A program made the position numbers and the translations under genes. Below are positions 28,852 to 42,589 of a DNA stretch of 64,000 bases, piece after piece (position 1 is the first letter of the stretch; every line of letters begins with the position of its first letter). Source of the DNA: Camelus dromedarius (taxonomy: Eukaryota); assembly GCF_036321535.1 (NCBI RefSeq), contig NC_087436.1:6324001-6388000 (forward strand), in the 5' to 3' direction. The notes beneath the pieces were generated by a model. That model was not told the origin of the DNA, did no database searches, and worked only from the letters and a program-made list of their open reading frames with translations.

Positions 28852-28857
28852 AATAAA
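28852..28857 (+). terminator. Candidate TMEM144 poly(A) signal (another AATAAA at 28439-28444)
   Basis: AATAAA ~1.4 kb after the stop, followed by AT/T-rich sequence; usage cannot be determined from sequence. Confidence 0.35.
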
Positions 28858-29619
28858 TCTTGGATTGTAACATCTCACAAAAATTCATTTTAATTTGGAC
28901 CTGGAATGTCATTAACTATGTTGATCATTTTGAGTAAATTAACATAATACAAAGCTATTTTTCTGGTTTAAATATATTTTACATTTTTATATTAATGGCA
29001 TTTATTTGTCCTTGAGTTGCGATTGCCAATTTGTATGCACAATTTTTTTCTTTCCATATATCGTGGACATATTTTCACGACCATCAACATACTTACACAG
29101 TATTCCTTCCAAGTATGGCAGAGCGTAGTCCTACGGTCCCTGTTTTGGTGGGAGGGGGGCATCAAGCCATTGATTACAAACCTGTCAATCTGGTGGGGAG
29201 CCCACTGTCCTCAGAGCTCATACTGTTCTACAAGAGCTGCTTTTGCACAGGGCTGTCTTCATCCTGTATCTTCCTGCCCTCAGAGGCCACTGAAGTAGTG
29301 ACCCAGTGCCATCCAATCAAAGTTCTCTCTCTCCAGACATCAGGAGGCAGAGTCAGGCTGGCTTCCCTTAGAAGCAACCAAGGAAACTCTACAGTCACAT
29401 CTGGGACACAGAAGCGCGCTTCCTACAGCCACTTTGATTAGACCCTCCCAGAATCGCTGAAATAAGGAAGATCGGTTCAGAGGTTCAGAGCTGGCTTACG
29501 TCCAGAGCTCATTGCATGTGGGGTTGTTGCCTGCCAGAGTTCTTAACAGCTACACAATAAGGGGAGGTTAGAGGGCTGCTGGAGAGACGACAATAATGGC
29601 TCCCCAAATAGACAGTTTT

Positions 29620-30480
29620 AATTGAATATTACATTTCCTTTATTGAGGCACAGTTTACATACAATAAATGCAGACTTGGATCAATTTTTATAAAGTAATA
29701 CATTGGTGCCACCATCACACAGATCAAGTTATAAAGCATTGCTTCCATCATCCAAGAAATTCCCCTCCTCACTCTTTGCAGTCAGTTCCCCAGCCCTGCA
29801 CCTCCTACCCCACCACGACCCACCACCCACCCCCTCCGCCCACACACTAGTCTAAGTCACTTTTCTTTATTATGTAAATTTTGCCTGTCCTTAAAATACA
29901 TATAATGGAATCATACAATGTTTCCCCAATATTTGATTTTTTCCCTACAAAATGTGTTTGAAACAGATCATTTTTTAAATATATTTCAAGATTTAAACAA
30001 TGACCTGTTTTATAAAAAAGTATCTTGAAATAATTTTTAAATGACTTGTTTTTTAAAAAATAAAGTATCATAAAATAATTTTTAAATGACCTTTAAAAAA
30101 AATAAAGTTTCTTGATATGTGTCATTCTACGTTGGTCGAAACCCAAAGAATGTACACCACCAAGAGTGAACCCTAAACTATATAAAACAATAAAGTATAG
30201 AATCTGAAAGAAATAAAATAAAGTATCTTGAAATAATTTTTTTTAAAAAGTGACCTGTTTCATAATGTGTTTGAGACTCAAGTACTTTACTATCTATATC
30301 AGCAGTCTTCCTTTATATTAACGAGTAGTAGCACGTTGCATTTTATGGATATAACACGATGGGTTTATTTGCACTCCTGTTCATGGACATGGGGTTCTTT
30401 CCAGTCTTCAGCTACAGTGAACATTCCCTTACAAGACCTTCTGTGGATAAATGCAGTCACTCCTCTTGGGCACATCCTGC
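29620..30480 (-). mobile_element. Old L1M 3' fragment, interrupted by a tandem duplication and an insertion
   Basis: ttttgcctgtcc...tataatggaatcatacaat and gatgggtttatttgcactcctgttcatggacat resemble L1M 3' antisense. Confidence 0.65.
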
Positions 30481-33449
30481 GGGGTCGCAGGGAGTGGACG
30501 TGGGGAAGGCGGCCCTGCTACCCAGGAGCTGGGCTGGGGCTCTCGGCTGGGCCCTGGCGCTCTGTGGAACAGAAGCAATCTCACACAACACAGCATCACA
30601 CGCCGGCGTCCGGGGCCAGGATGGATCGAGAGGAAGACCGCAGTCGTGTCTGAACGCGGATAAAACACAAACACAGTCCCAGCCACCAAGCACGTCTTGT
30701 GGCCCAGCCGAGTGGCTGCGGCTGCTTTGGCCCCTCTCCAGGCTTCCCTCCCCGCAGGTCAGGGTCACAAAGTCACAAAGACACCCAGGCGTGGAATTGC
30801 GCCCGCTTCCTGACAGCGTCCTACCCAGAGCAAACCGCACTTCCTTAAACTCTCCCCAAGCGCCCGGACCCAGGCCTCAGTCCCGAAGTCTCCTTGCTAA
30901 CACCCTCTAGTTAGCAGCATAAACAAGATGGGGAAAGAGGAACATGCTAACAGACATCACAGGAATAAATCTGCAAAATACCAAGCGAGGGGAAATCCGC
31001 AGGACCAAAGATGACCTGGTTCCTTAAACTGCTGTGGGTGTGTGCATGTGTATCTGCCTGTACGTGGGCGTATTGTATATTTAGCTGCTTGTAGGTACAC
31101 ATTTGTGTGTGTCTGTAGCTGCACATACAGAGAAAGGAGGCACAACAGATTTAAAACAACTTCAGAGACCTGCGGACCGTGGTGGGAGGTGGACCTTATT
31201 TCAATCCTGATTTCAACAACAAAACAACTGGAAATTTGAAAACTCACTAAACAAGTTATCTTCAAGTGTGTTTAGATTTGATAATGATATTTTTGTTGTC
31301 TTTACAAACAACAGTCCTTTTTTTTTAGGAATTCAGACTAAACTACTTATGAATAATTTAAATAAAATTTAAAAACTTAAATTCGAGTGATGTCTAGGAT
31401 TGTTACAGGTAACGGGGGAGTTAAGCGAGTGGGGTTTTTAATGGACAGAGTTGGACGCTCACTGATGACTGTGGATGGTGGTTGATGGGTCCGTCCAGGG
31501 CGTTTTTCACATAATTATTTGCTATTTGTGTGTGTTTGAAAATTTCCCCAATCGGAAGTTTAAAGCATCTTTTAAAACTTCATATGCAGTAGACTAAAAA
31601 TAGCATGTCATTCATGTCATTGGCCTTTCTTTTATTACTCGTGTTAATGTTTTTCAGCAGTGGTTTTATCTTCAGTAAGTTGAAATTTTGTTTCCTTTGA
31701 TCTGGTAAAATGCGAATTTTTTTTCTTCCGGATTTGCATGTACTTACTATTAAAAAAAATTTTTTTAAATATGTGCTCCTCTTTCTAGTTCATCGCCTGA
31801 CAAATTCCTCAAAAGGTGCTTGCATTTCAGCTTAAATACCCAGCTGGGTGTCATTTCTTTGACACCGACTTCTCAAAAATCTCTTACACATGGAGCATTT
31901 CTTCATTTCCAGTTTACAGTCCCACTTTCTTTAAACCCTTATCTCTCCTCAACACTGCAAGTATCTTAACCTCAAGATATATTTCTGATTTATCTTTGTA
32001 GTTTCCCCTCACTGATCTGGGGAGCCAACACAACATTTTTATAAAATATAGCTGCACCATAAATATTTAGTGAATGGATGAAAATAAGCTAAATCCGAAA
32101 GGCTTCGTTTGGTGCTAAAAATCTTATCCCATGTTTAGGATTCATATTGAAAGAAGATTATTCGAGAAAAAATTGAGACACTAAATCAAGACAATTTTTT
32201 ATTTCTCTGTGTCACTGTCTTTTAATTAAAGCTCATATCCAGTTAATACAGTAGATAAAACGTACAGAGTCTAACAGGAAGCCATCTTAAATCCTCTGTA
32301 AGTATTAGAAAGAACCAAAGTAAAATATAACTCCTGTCATGTTCTCCTTAGTTGAAAGGGTGTATTATGATTAGAATATAAAGAGGGCTCAAATAAAATT
32401 ACGTATATATTTTTGGTTTTTTTTTCCTTTGAGGCTCAAGGAGTGCATTAATTAAAAGCAATTCTGTTGACTCCCATATAAAATTATTCAAGAAGATGTT
32501 AACATTCACCCAAGAAAAACATGAAAACTTTAATTTTCTTTAGGCAGAAAAATTAATATTTCATGGAATGTTGGAATTCATTATCTTTCTTAAAGCTGTA
32601 ATGAATTATACACACCTTTTTTTTTTTCCTTAAGGATCAACACTATGAGTCTAAGGTTTACATACTGTAACCACCTAAGAACTCTAGGTTTGGTTGCTGG
32701 GTTAAGAGTCTATGACCTGATATTCGAAGATAATAGTGTGTGTCTAGGTTACCAAAATACTCATGTTAATGCGCATGATAAAATATGCATGGTAAAATTA
32801 GTTAAGGCATTAAATAATTCATGGTCTACTTTTTTAAGATGAAGTAGTCTAACAAATCAAGGAAAATATCTTTTCTTATCATTCCTGCGTAATTTGCAAC
32901 ATAGATGAACACCTAAATCCCTAGTATGTAAGTAGTGTCAGCCAATAACAGTTTACTACTTAACAACTCTTGCGTTGAGGTTTAAAAGTGTAGAAGAATC
33001 GGGAGCTCGCCAAAAAAGGAGTTATTCAGCCTTAATAATTAGGGCAAATGTGGTCAGGTGAGTTGGTTAAAATGGAATATTTATACAAAGGGTGGCATCT
33101 GGTGGCCTTACCTTTAGTTTTCTTGTTGTATGTTAAATAATCATGCATTTAATTCATCTCTATAAAGTCATTTTCATCTTTGACCACCAGAGGGAAGTGT
33201 AGGTTTAGTTGTGATAGTCTTTAGGTTAAAAAAATAAACTTTTTTTTTTTTTTTTTTTACCTTTGGGCTTCCTCTCTCCTCCCTTCCCCCCACCCCTGCC
33301 CTGTACCTGTCTTGGGAAATGACTATATTTTGTCATGAATGGATTTTTAAAACCTGAGCTAAGGAAAAAACTACCATCTATTTTATATCTTATAGGTGTC
33401 AGTTGAATCCTCAGTGTGATGTGCTTTTTTCAGTCTTTAGGTTTTTACA

Positions 33450-34125
33450 TCTTTTTAAATTTTTATTTCTTATTAAATGTTAGTTGATTTACAATGTTAG
33501 TTTGAGGTGGACAGCAAAGCGATTCAGTTATACATAGCATACATTTTATTTTCAGATTCTGTTCCATTATCGGTTATTATAAGAAATTGTATACGGTTCC
33601 CTGTGCTGTACAGTAGAAATTTGTTGTATACCTATTTTATATATAGTTGTATCTATTAACCCCAACTCTTAATTTATCCTTCCCTCATGCTTTCCCTCTT
33701 AGTAACCATAGTTTGTTTCCTATGTCTGTGAGACTATTTTTGGTTTGTAAATAAAATTTGTATCCTTTTTTTTAGATTCCACATATAAGTGATATCATAC
33801 AATACTTGTCTTTCTCTACCTGACTTACTTCACTCAGTATGATCATCTCTAGGTCCATCCATGTTCTTGCAAATGGCATTATTTCATTCTTTTTTATGGC
33901 TGAGTAGTATTCCATTGTATAAATATACCACAGCTTCTTTATTCAGTCATCTGTTAATGGACATTTGGGTTGTTTCCATGTCTTGGCTATTGTAAATAGT
34001 GCTGCTGTGAACATTGGGGTGCCTGTATCTTTTTGAATTAGTTTCCTCCAGATATATGCTCAGGAGTGGGGTTGCTGGATCTTATGGTAACTTTATTTTT
34101 AGTTTTTTAAGGAACCTCCATACTG
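33450..34125 (-). mobile_element. 5'-truncated L1 3' end
   Basis: T-rich tail on the left; ttttagattccacatataagtgatatcat; reverse-complement of the other L1 3' ends in the window. Confidence 0.9.
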
Positions 34126-35617
34126 TCGTCAGGTTTTCATACTTTTTAACTCTATTATTTGCACTATATCACTTTGTTTCCTGGAAGTTGGACACATCAC
34201 AAAATGAACTTATTTCTAGAGTTATTCAAACAGAAGTGTGTGTTGCCTTGGGATGCTCAGGACGCAGATGACTTCTCACAGCCAGTACTGCCAACACGGG
34301 TGAGCGCTGGTGCATAAATCCTAGCCTCATAATTCTCTGACCAATGGCAGAGACATCATTACTAAATCATCAGGCTGAATGGCCTCAGGTTGCTCTAAGA
34401 TGCTCTAATAATTCTTCAGCTTTGTTAGACATTTTAGGTCACAGAGACCTGGGACTACTTGCCCTGCTATTTTTGAAGAACTTTTTGCAACCAAGAGGCA
34501 GAAATGTTTTCCCAATGGGCTATTAAGTAATCATCTGCTGCATTTGGATGGATGCTAAATATGGATTCTTAAGGGTTTTTCCATCACGGGTAGACTGGCT
34601 TGGGAAGGTGTGTCCTCAGTTCCCATTTCCTGGGTATGAAACGATGTTTGACTAAGGTGAACATCTGACGTAAAGGGGGTTAGCAAATAAGCCTGCTGTC
34701 TGCTTCAGCTCCGAGATGCCTTGTGGAAAATTACCGAGAAACACATTCCATGGAGAGGGGAAAGTTGGACGTGTCTGAAATGCACAAATCGTAAACTGAG
34801 ATGCTCTCCAGAATCTTCTTAATTTCCCTTCTTTTGTAAATGAATGACCAAAGTCCTAGAGAATCCTGTCTCTTCACCTACATCATCTTGGGGTGCTCCC
34901 TACTGAGGACCTCAGGTCTGAAATTCAAAATCACCAATAGGTGTGGTCTTAGTAATAGAACCAGCAACTTTAACATGGAAATATGGCAAAGCTCTTAAAT
35001 ATGTGGCAAGGAGATACCCAGTGTATTCCAGTAGATTTTTGTGCATTTTCTTAGGGGCACGGGGGTCGGAAGGTGACTTGGTATTGGATACTGTCATAAA
35101 GGAGAGAGTTTGTGCAGAAACCAGGCTGTCCCTAGTTGCTGCACTATGTTAGGTAGATATGAGTCTCTCTTACATGACTGTTGCAAAAATTCTAAATGCC
35201 TGATCGCGGCTTAACTTCGAGGCGTTGTGGGACTGATTTCTCCTCCTGAAAAGAGGTTTCAAGGTCAAGAATCAAAGGGATAAAGTGGGATTATCCTCAG
35301 GTGTGGTGTGCTATTCTGAGTTCTTGAGTCCCAGCTCTTTGACTTACTATTCACTCAAGCCAACTTTTGAGAAAATCCAGCAGGACCAAAATGGTCCATT
35401 CTGATGCAGTTTACTTGTCCGAGAGAGAGAAACACATCAACATAAATTGCTATGCATATTGGCTGGAGTTTAAAACTACAATAAGAGAAAGTCATTTCTA
35501 CAACAAGATTCTGATTCTTCCTTTAAGGTAACCTACGATGTCCATCTAAATTCTCTCCAGAATGAATGCAGATTCTGTTTAAGTGGGTTTGCTTACTTAT
35601 CAAAAAAACAAGTTTCT

Positions 35618-37909
35618 GATAAAAACTCTCGCCAAAGTGGGTATAGAGGGAACATATCTCAACATAATAAAAGCTATATATGACAAACCTACAGCCAGCA
35701 TAGTACTCAACGGTGAAAAACTCTAAAGCTTCCCACTAAAATCTGGGACAAGACAAGGATGCCCACTATCACCACTCCTATTCAACATAGTCTTGGAAGT
35801 CCTAGCCACAGCAGTCAGGCAAGAGAAAGAAATAAAAGGGATTCAAATTGGAAAAGAAGAGGTAAAAGTGTCACTATATGCAGATGGCATGATACTATAT
35901 ATAGAAAACCCTAAAAGGTCCACACAAAAGCTACTAGAGCTGATCAAAGAATTCAGCAAGGTAGCAGGTTACAAAATTAACGTTCAAAAATCAGTTGCAT
36001 TTCTTTACACTAATGATAAATCAACAGAAGAAGAAAGTAAAGAAACAATCCCCTTTAAAATAGCACCCAAACTAATAAAATATCTGGGAATAAATCTAAC
36101 CAAGGAGGTGAAAGAATTATACACAGAAAACTATAAACCATTGATGAAGGAAATTAAAGAAGACTTTAAAAAATGGAAAGATATCCCATGCTCCTGGGTT
36201 GGAAGAATCAATATTGTTAAAACGGTCATACTGCCCAAGGCAATCTACAGATTTAATGCAATCCCTATCCAATTACCCAGGACATATTTCACAGAACTAG
36301 AACAAATCATAATAAAATTTATATGGAACCATCAAAGACCTAGAATTGCCAAAGCATTACTGAAGAGAAAGAAAGAGGCTGGAGGAATAACTCTCCCAGA
36401 CTTCAGACAATACTATAGAGCTACAGTCATCAAGACAGCATGGTATTGGTACCAAAATAGACATATAGACCAATGGAACAGAATAGAGAGCCCAGAAATG
36501 AACCCACAAACTTTTGGTCAACTCATCTTTGACAAAGGAGGCAAGAATATACAATGGAATAAAGACAGTCTCTTCAGCAAATGGTGTTGGGAAAACTGGA
36601 CAGCAGCATGTAAAACAATGAAGCTAGAACACTCCCTTACACCATATACAAAAATCAACTCAAAATGGATTAAAGACTTAAACATAAGACAAGATACAAT
36701 AAACCTCCTAGAGGAAAACATAGGCAAAACATTATCTGACATACATTTCAAAAATTTTCTCCTAGAAGAAATAAAAGCAAGAATAAACAAATGGGACCTA
36801 ATGAAACTTACAAGCTTCTGCACAGCAAAGGAAACCAGAAGTAAAACAAGAAGAAAACCTACGGAATGGGAGAAAATTTTTGCAAGTGAAACCGACAAAG
36901 GCTTGATCTCCAGAATATATAAGCAGCTCATACGACTCAATAAGAAAAAAATAAACAACCCAATCCAAAAATGGGCAGAAGACCTAAACAAGCAATTCTC
37001 CAAGGAAGACATACAAATGATCAAAAAGCACATGAAAAAATGCTCCATATCACTAATTATCAGAGAAATGCAAATCAAAACTACAATGAGGTATCACCTC
37101 ACACCAGTCAGAATGGCCGTCATTCAAAAATCCACAAATGACAAATGCTGGAGAGGCTGTGGAGAAAGGGGAACCCTCCTACACTGCTGGTGGGAATGCA
37201 GTTTGGTGCAGCCACTATGGAAAACAGTGTGGAGATTCCTCAAAAGACTAGGAATAGACTTACCATATGACCCAGGAATCCCACTCCTGGGCTTGTATCC
37301 AGAAGGAAATCTACTTCAGGATGACACCTGCACCCCAATGTTCATAGCAGCACTATTTACAATAGCCAAAACATGGAAACAGCCTAAATGTCCATCAACA
37401 GGTGACTGGATAAAGAAGAGGTGGTATATTTATACAATGGAATACTACTCAGCCATAAAAACCGACAACATAATGCCATTTGCAGCAACATGGATGCTCC
37501 TGGAGAATGTCATTCTAAGTGAAGTAAGCCAGAAAGAGAAAGAAAAATACCATATGAGATCGCTCATATGTGGAATCTAAAAAACAAAAACAAAAACAAA
37601 CAAACAAACAAAAACAAAGCGTAAATACAGGACAGAAATAGACTCACAGACAGAGAATACAGACTTGTGGTTACCAGGGGGGTGGACGGTGGGAAGGGAT
37701 AGACTGGGATTTCAAAATTGTAGAATAGATAAACAAGATTACACTGTATAGCACAGGGAAATATACACAAAATGTTATGATAACTCACAGAGAAAAAAAT
37801 GTGACAATGAGTGTGTATATGTCCATGAATGACTGAAAAATTGTGCTGAACACTGGAATTTGACACAACATTGTAAAATGATTATAAATCAACAAAAAAT
37901 GTTAAAAAA
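35618..37909 (+). mobile_element. Young 5'-truncated LINE-1 (partial RT, C-terminal ORF2, 3'UTR, A-tail)
   Basis: [11 protein letters not shown] and YADG motifs, C-terminal CWRGC..HCWWEC knuckle, A-tail; identical 16-bp TSD AAAAAAACAAGTTTCT at 35602-35617 and 37910-37925. Confidence 0.97.
35793..37580 (+). pseudogene. L1 ORF2 C-terminal remnant, 595 open codons, not a functional RT
   Basis: No endonuclease domain or RT N-terminus; in-frame TAA at 35724-35726; catalytic YADD reads YADG (GGC at 35886-35888). Confidence 0.9.
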
Positions 37910-38594
37910 AAAAAAACAAGTTTCTTGGAAACCAATTAAAAAACAAAAATATGAAACTAAAAACTAAATAGCACCTTAATTCATTCTTTCATTCTCTCCC
38001 CCAGTTTCTCAATTTCTAGCCTTCTCACGCACACGAACGCAGGGTCTTAGAGAGTATTTCCTGTGTTTGTTACAAAAAGGTAAATAGAATGCCAACATTA
38101 GTACCTTTGCATAGATATTTTAGGCACTTATGTGTGTATATGTACAAGGCATAGTCCCAGTAGAATAACTGAATCATGAGACAGATACACACTTATAAAT
38201 TTGATAGGTATTTCCATAACGCTCTGCAAAAAGTTGTAACTGAATTTTAACCCTGCTGAGGTTCTCCACATACTTGCCAAAATGATTTTTATCTGATTCT
38301 TAATGCTTTCCGGATGTAATGTGGTTAAAATGGCACTAGTGTCTAAGCGTGTCTGAGTGCTCATTAACACGTGGGCAGAGCTGATCAGTTCTCTCCCTGT
38401 GTGCCAGCAATTGGTATTGCCTTCCCTGTGACCTTTCTTCTTGCTCCTGCTGACAATGTTTTCTAGGATGGTTCGAGACTTAAAATTCTAACTTGGAGGA
38501 TTCCTTTGTGTAGCAAAGGATCCTTTGTCTGTGGTATAATTTTTGATAAACATTTTTCCCAGTTTATTTTTTATGTTGTTTTGGTGATGGTTAC

Positions 38595-39083
38595 TGTTAG
38601 AAAAGGCAGCTAGCTAGATGTGAACAGAGAAAGAGGGGCATGGGCCAAATGGCAGGAAACTGCAATCTTGTAAATAATGTGGGTCCCTGGGTAGACAGAG
38701 GAAAGCAGGAACCTCTGGGCTGATAAGATACCACTTACTTTGGGGTGACAAGTGTCCTGGAGGCTGACAAAGAAAGGTGGGAAAAGGCAGGAATCTCCAG
38801 TGTCCGAATGTAGCCTTTTGCTTATTATGCCCTCATTACCATAAAATTAGCCTTGCAGATTAGAAGTACCCATCATGCACTGAGGCCATGACACATCTGA
38901 TCCAGACTAAATAAGGACAAAAATCCCTCGTCCCCTTGGGAAGGTGGAGTTGGGTTGAACATCAGGGAATGTGAGCCCAAACCCCTCCCTCCCTAATGAG
39001 TATTCTGCCCATTCATTTTTACACTCTATGTAACCAGCTTGTCAAAGAAACTCTCTCTGCAACAAGAACTACTCTCCAGCAAC
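38595..39083 (+). mobile_element. Solo LTR, copy 1 (internally deleted)
   Basis: Starts TGTTAGAAAAGGCAG; alignable with 47388-48033 and with the reverse of 53406-53972. Confidence 0.88.
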
Positions 39084-39959
39084 TTAATGTTTCTAAAAGC
39101 GTGGACCATGGACTAGTAGAGTCAGTTTAGTCCTTGTTGCACAGGCTGATCCCAGACCTACAGGATCCAGGATCTCAAAGGCAGAGGAGGAGCAGATTGG
39201 CTCTTCACAAGCTTGCCAGGGGCGCTCATGGACTCTACCAAGTTTTGTTTTGCAAAATTTCAAACCTGCTGACCATCTGGACAACAAACCCAGGTTTGAA
39301 AATTTGAACAAATAGTAACATAGACACTTACGTCCCCCTCATCCAACAGTTGCTGACATTTTGTTCCCTTGGCTTCCTCTCCCTCCCTCCTTCCTCCTCC
39401 CCCTCCTCCCTCCCACTTCCCTCCTTCCCTCCTTCCCTCTCTCCCTAGAGTATCCGAAAGTACATTCCACTCATCATGACACAAATCATGTCACACTATC
39501 TTTAACTACTTCAGCCTTTTTTGCTTAAGGCTAGAATGTTGTGCTTCACAACAATATGATTAACGTATCGGTAAAATTTAACCTTGATTCAGAACCATCA
39601 CCTACTGTACTGCCTGTGGTTGACTGTTACGTTAGTGGCCCCACCAGACCTCTCCTCGCACTACCCAAAGCCATGAGATCTCGACAAAGGAACGGCTACA
39701 GTCAGAGGGCAGGTAAGCGTGTGTGCAGTGGCACCTGCCCCATTGGAAGGCTGCTGGAACCACAGCGAAAGCCTGGTCCAGCCTCCTTGAGGATTAAGGG
39801 CAAGTGAACAGAGCAGCACAGCCACCCCAGTGGTCCTCCCCTCCAGTGCCTGCTTGAGTGCAGATGATGCCAACAGAAGAATCTCCCAGCCCATCCACAG
39901 GAACCCTGGAAATAACACATTACTCTGGAAGTTACTTAGTTTGGGTTTGTTGCAAAGCA

Positions 39960-40445
39960 ATAGTTTATTTTGTATATAGTATTACAGAAAGTTTTAATTT
40001 CATTGATTTACATGTAGCTGTCCAGTTTTCCCAGCACCACTTGTCAAAGAAACCATCTTTTCGCCATTGTATATTCTTGCCTCCTTTGTCATAGATTAAT
40101 TGATCGTAAATGCATGGGTTTATTTCTGGATTTTCTATTCCTTTTTTATTGAATTACAGTTGATTTACAAGATTGTATTAGTTTCAGGTATACAGCAGAA
40201 TGATTCAGATATACATATATTTTCAGAATATATCTATTATCTTTCATATTCTTTTCCATTATACATTATTACAAAAAATTGAATATAGTTCTTTGTGCTA
40301 TACAGTAGGTCCTTGTTGTTTATCTATTTTATATACAGTAGTGTGGATCTGTTAATCCCAAATTCCTAATTAATTCCCCATCCTTTCCCCTTTGGTAACC
40401 ATAAGTTTGTTTTCTACGTCCATGAGTCTATTTCTGATTTGTAAA
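39960..40445 (-). mobile_element. Two abutting L1 pieces (internal ORF2 ~39960-40140, 3'UTR ~40141-40445)
   Basis: gtagctgtccagttttcccagcaccacttgtc (ORF2 antisense) and tttggtaaccataagtttgttttcta (3'UTR antisense). Confidence 0.85.
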
Positions 40446-40844
40446 TTCTTATGTTGAATAATCCTGTAGTAAATATAAGCCACTCAGAAAGGGAATGCCA
40501 AGTTGGTTTCCACTTTTTATGGCAAAACCAGTGGAATGAATGGATGGAAGTCACTGTAAATGTATCCCTGTCATAGTTTTGACAGGTATTTTGGGAGTTA
40601 AGCATTTTAAATAAAACAGTTTGAATATCATAAGTTTCGTAAAGTTGAAACATTTTTAAGGTCTTCTTTTTGGACGTTTGTGGATCTTTTTCTAAAGGTA
40701 AGTACATGAGTTTTGTTTTTAATCTAGAGTAGAATTTAGAGAAACAGACCGTATCCTGAGGATTCCGTGTGAAATAATCCTTCCAGAAAAAGAAAGTCAG
40801 CTCTTGACCCACAGATCCTGAACATTTACGGAACACAGTTCATA

Positions 40845-40950
40845 AAAACAATATACGTATATGCATCACTGAGTCACTTTGCTGTATGCCCGAAACTAAC
40901 ACAACATTGGAAATCAACTACACTTCAATTAAAGGGAAAAAAAAAGTCAA
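40845..40950 (+). mobile_element. L1 extreme 3' tail
   Basis: gaaactaacacaacattggaaatcaactacacttcaattaaagggaaaaaaaa. Confidence 0.75.
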
Positions 40951-42531
40951 ACAAACAAACAAGCAACCTGGTAATCGGCAGGGAAGAGAAACATGAGAAA
41001 AGGAGTATAAAGGGTATCTTGCTTCTAGTCTCCAGTGGTGCAGCAGAAGGGGTGAGGGTAAAGGGTCGTGTTCCGTCACCCTGGCAGTGGGGCCACGGTG
41101 GGGAGGGGCTCAGGGGGAGGGGGGGTCTTGTCAAATCCCTGTACTGATTCGCAATGCAACATTTCCTGCGACGTGATAATCAAGGTTTTGCTAAAGTTTC
41201 TCATATTCTATCACATAACCCAGACTTCTTAATTATTCTATTTTAAGAGAACTATTAAATGACAAAGTGCATTATAATCAAGACCTGGGAAGCCATTGTA
41301 CGAACTTGCTACTTCCATTCTCCCAGGGTTTGTTTAATTTGTTTGTTTGTTTGTTTGTTTGTTTTTGAGGCTTAGTAGAAAATAGTTTCAATTCAATCAA
41401 GGAGGAGAAAGATTTCAAAACACTGTACCAATTTAAACGTGAATTTTATTAGGTTTCACAAATGTATTGAAGATACCAAATTTACTTCCATGAAATTCTT
41501 AAGGGCTAAAATTAGTTTCAGTTTTTAGAGGAATGTGTGCATAACGAACTCTGAAACCTCTTCCACACAGAGAAAAGGCAATGGCTTTAAAAACTGATTA
41601 AAATACACGCATCAAACCAGATGTGAGAAATAATGCTATTTTATTTTCACAATATTACTACATCCTTGGCCTAAAATGAAATGCATTTCCAAACACAAAT
41701 GGTCATCCACCTAGAGAGCGAGATGCCCGCATCTTTCTCTGTGTGAGGCAGAGAGCACAAGATGGAAAAACTCACTCTGTAAAAGGCACTGAATCTGTTG
41801 CTGTGGAATCCTGCAACCCCACCCTGTACTCGCAAGAGAAGTAACTGTTTGTCTCAGAAACTCAGTGGAGATCTGAGCCCAAGAAGAGTCTGGAGGCTGC
41901 TCTGATACTGATGTACTGATGTACCAGGTCAAATCACTCCACTGCCTTCTCTCATTATCCTCAAAAAAATTACAGTAGCACAATTACTGCAGCAAGTACC
42001 CCAAATACAACTCTAATTTCCTGAGAAAGGTACAAGTTCTTCTGAAATTGGTCCACAAGCAGAATTCTCCTAGCCTAGTATCGTGAAAAGTAATTTCCTT
42101 ATGAATGCCTAGGAAGATGCCTTAGAAGGACTGGGGATTTATTTGAAATTTTAGAGAAAATTTTCTTTCCAAAGACACTTCTTTGATACTTAAAAAAAAA
42201 TAGGATATTCCTTTTGTTTGAAAAAAGAGATTAGGCCAAATGAGAGGATATCTGAAGTTTGAGCCCATCTGTAAAGTTTTGTTAAGAATTAAGCAACTTA
42301 TTTCTTTTGAGATATAAATAAAGTCAAATATCTCAGCTAAAGGCTATTCAATGACATTTTTATAACATAATGAATTAAAAAACAATAGCAATTAATCACC
42401 ATTGTGATTTCCTAAGAGGATAAAAATGTAACCATTTTTAAGGAAAAATTTAATGTCTTTGAAAGAAGTTTAAATATTCCTGGAAAGTAGAAGCTTTGCC
42501 AATCTCAACATTCTTATCAAGAAATTTTTGT

Positions 42532-42545
42532 TGGATAAAGATGTG

Positions 42546-42589
<44 letters not shown>

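Noticed and set aside
30359..30910. 183-aa ORF and overlapping ORFs
   Set aside because: Starts in an L1M remnant and continues through GC-rich, stop-poor DNA; no recognisable domain or splice structure.
33182..33198. Second CTCF motif GACCACCAGAGGGGAAG
   Set aside because: Lacks the GGC at the 3' end of the core; too weak to call.
36518..37078. 186-aa minus-strand ORF
   Set aside because: Antisense shadow of L1 ORF2, with no independent gene features.
35793..37580. 595-aa ORF as a domesticated or novel RT gene
   Set aside because: It lies inside a TSD-flanked truncated L1, starts at TTG, has no promoter and has a mutated catalytic motif; its openness is explained by young age.
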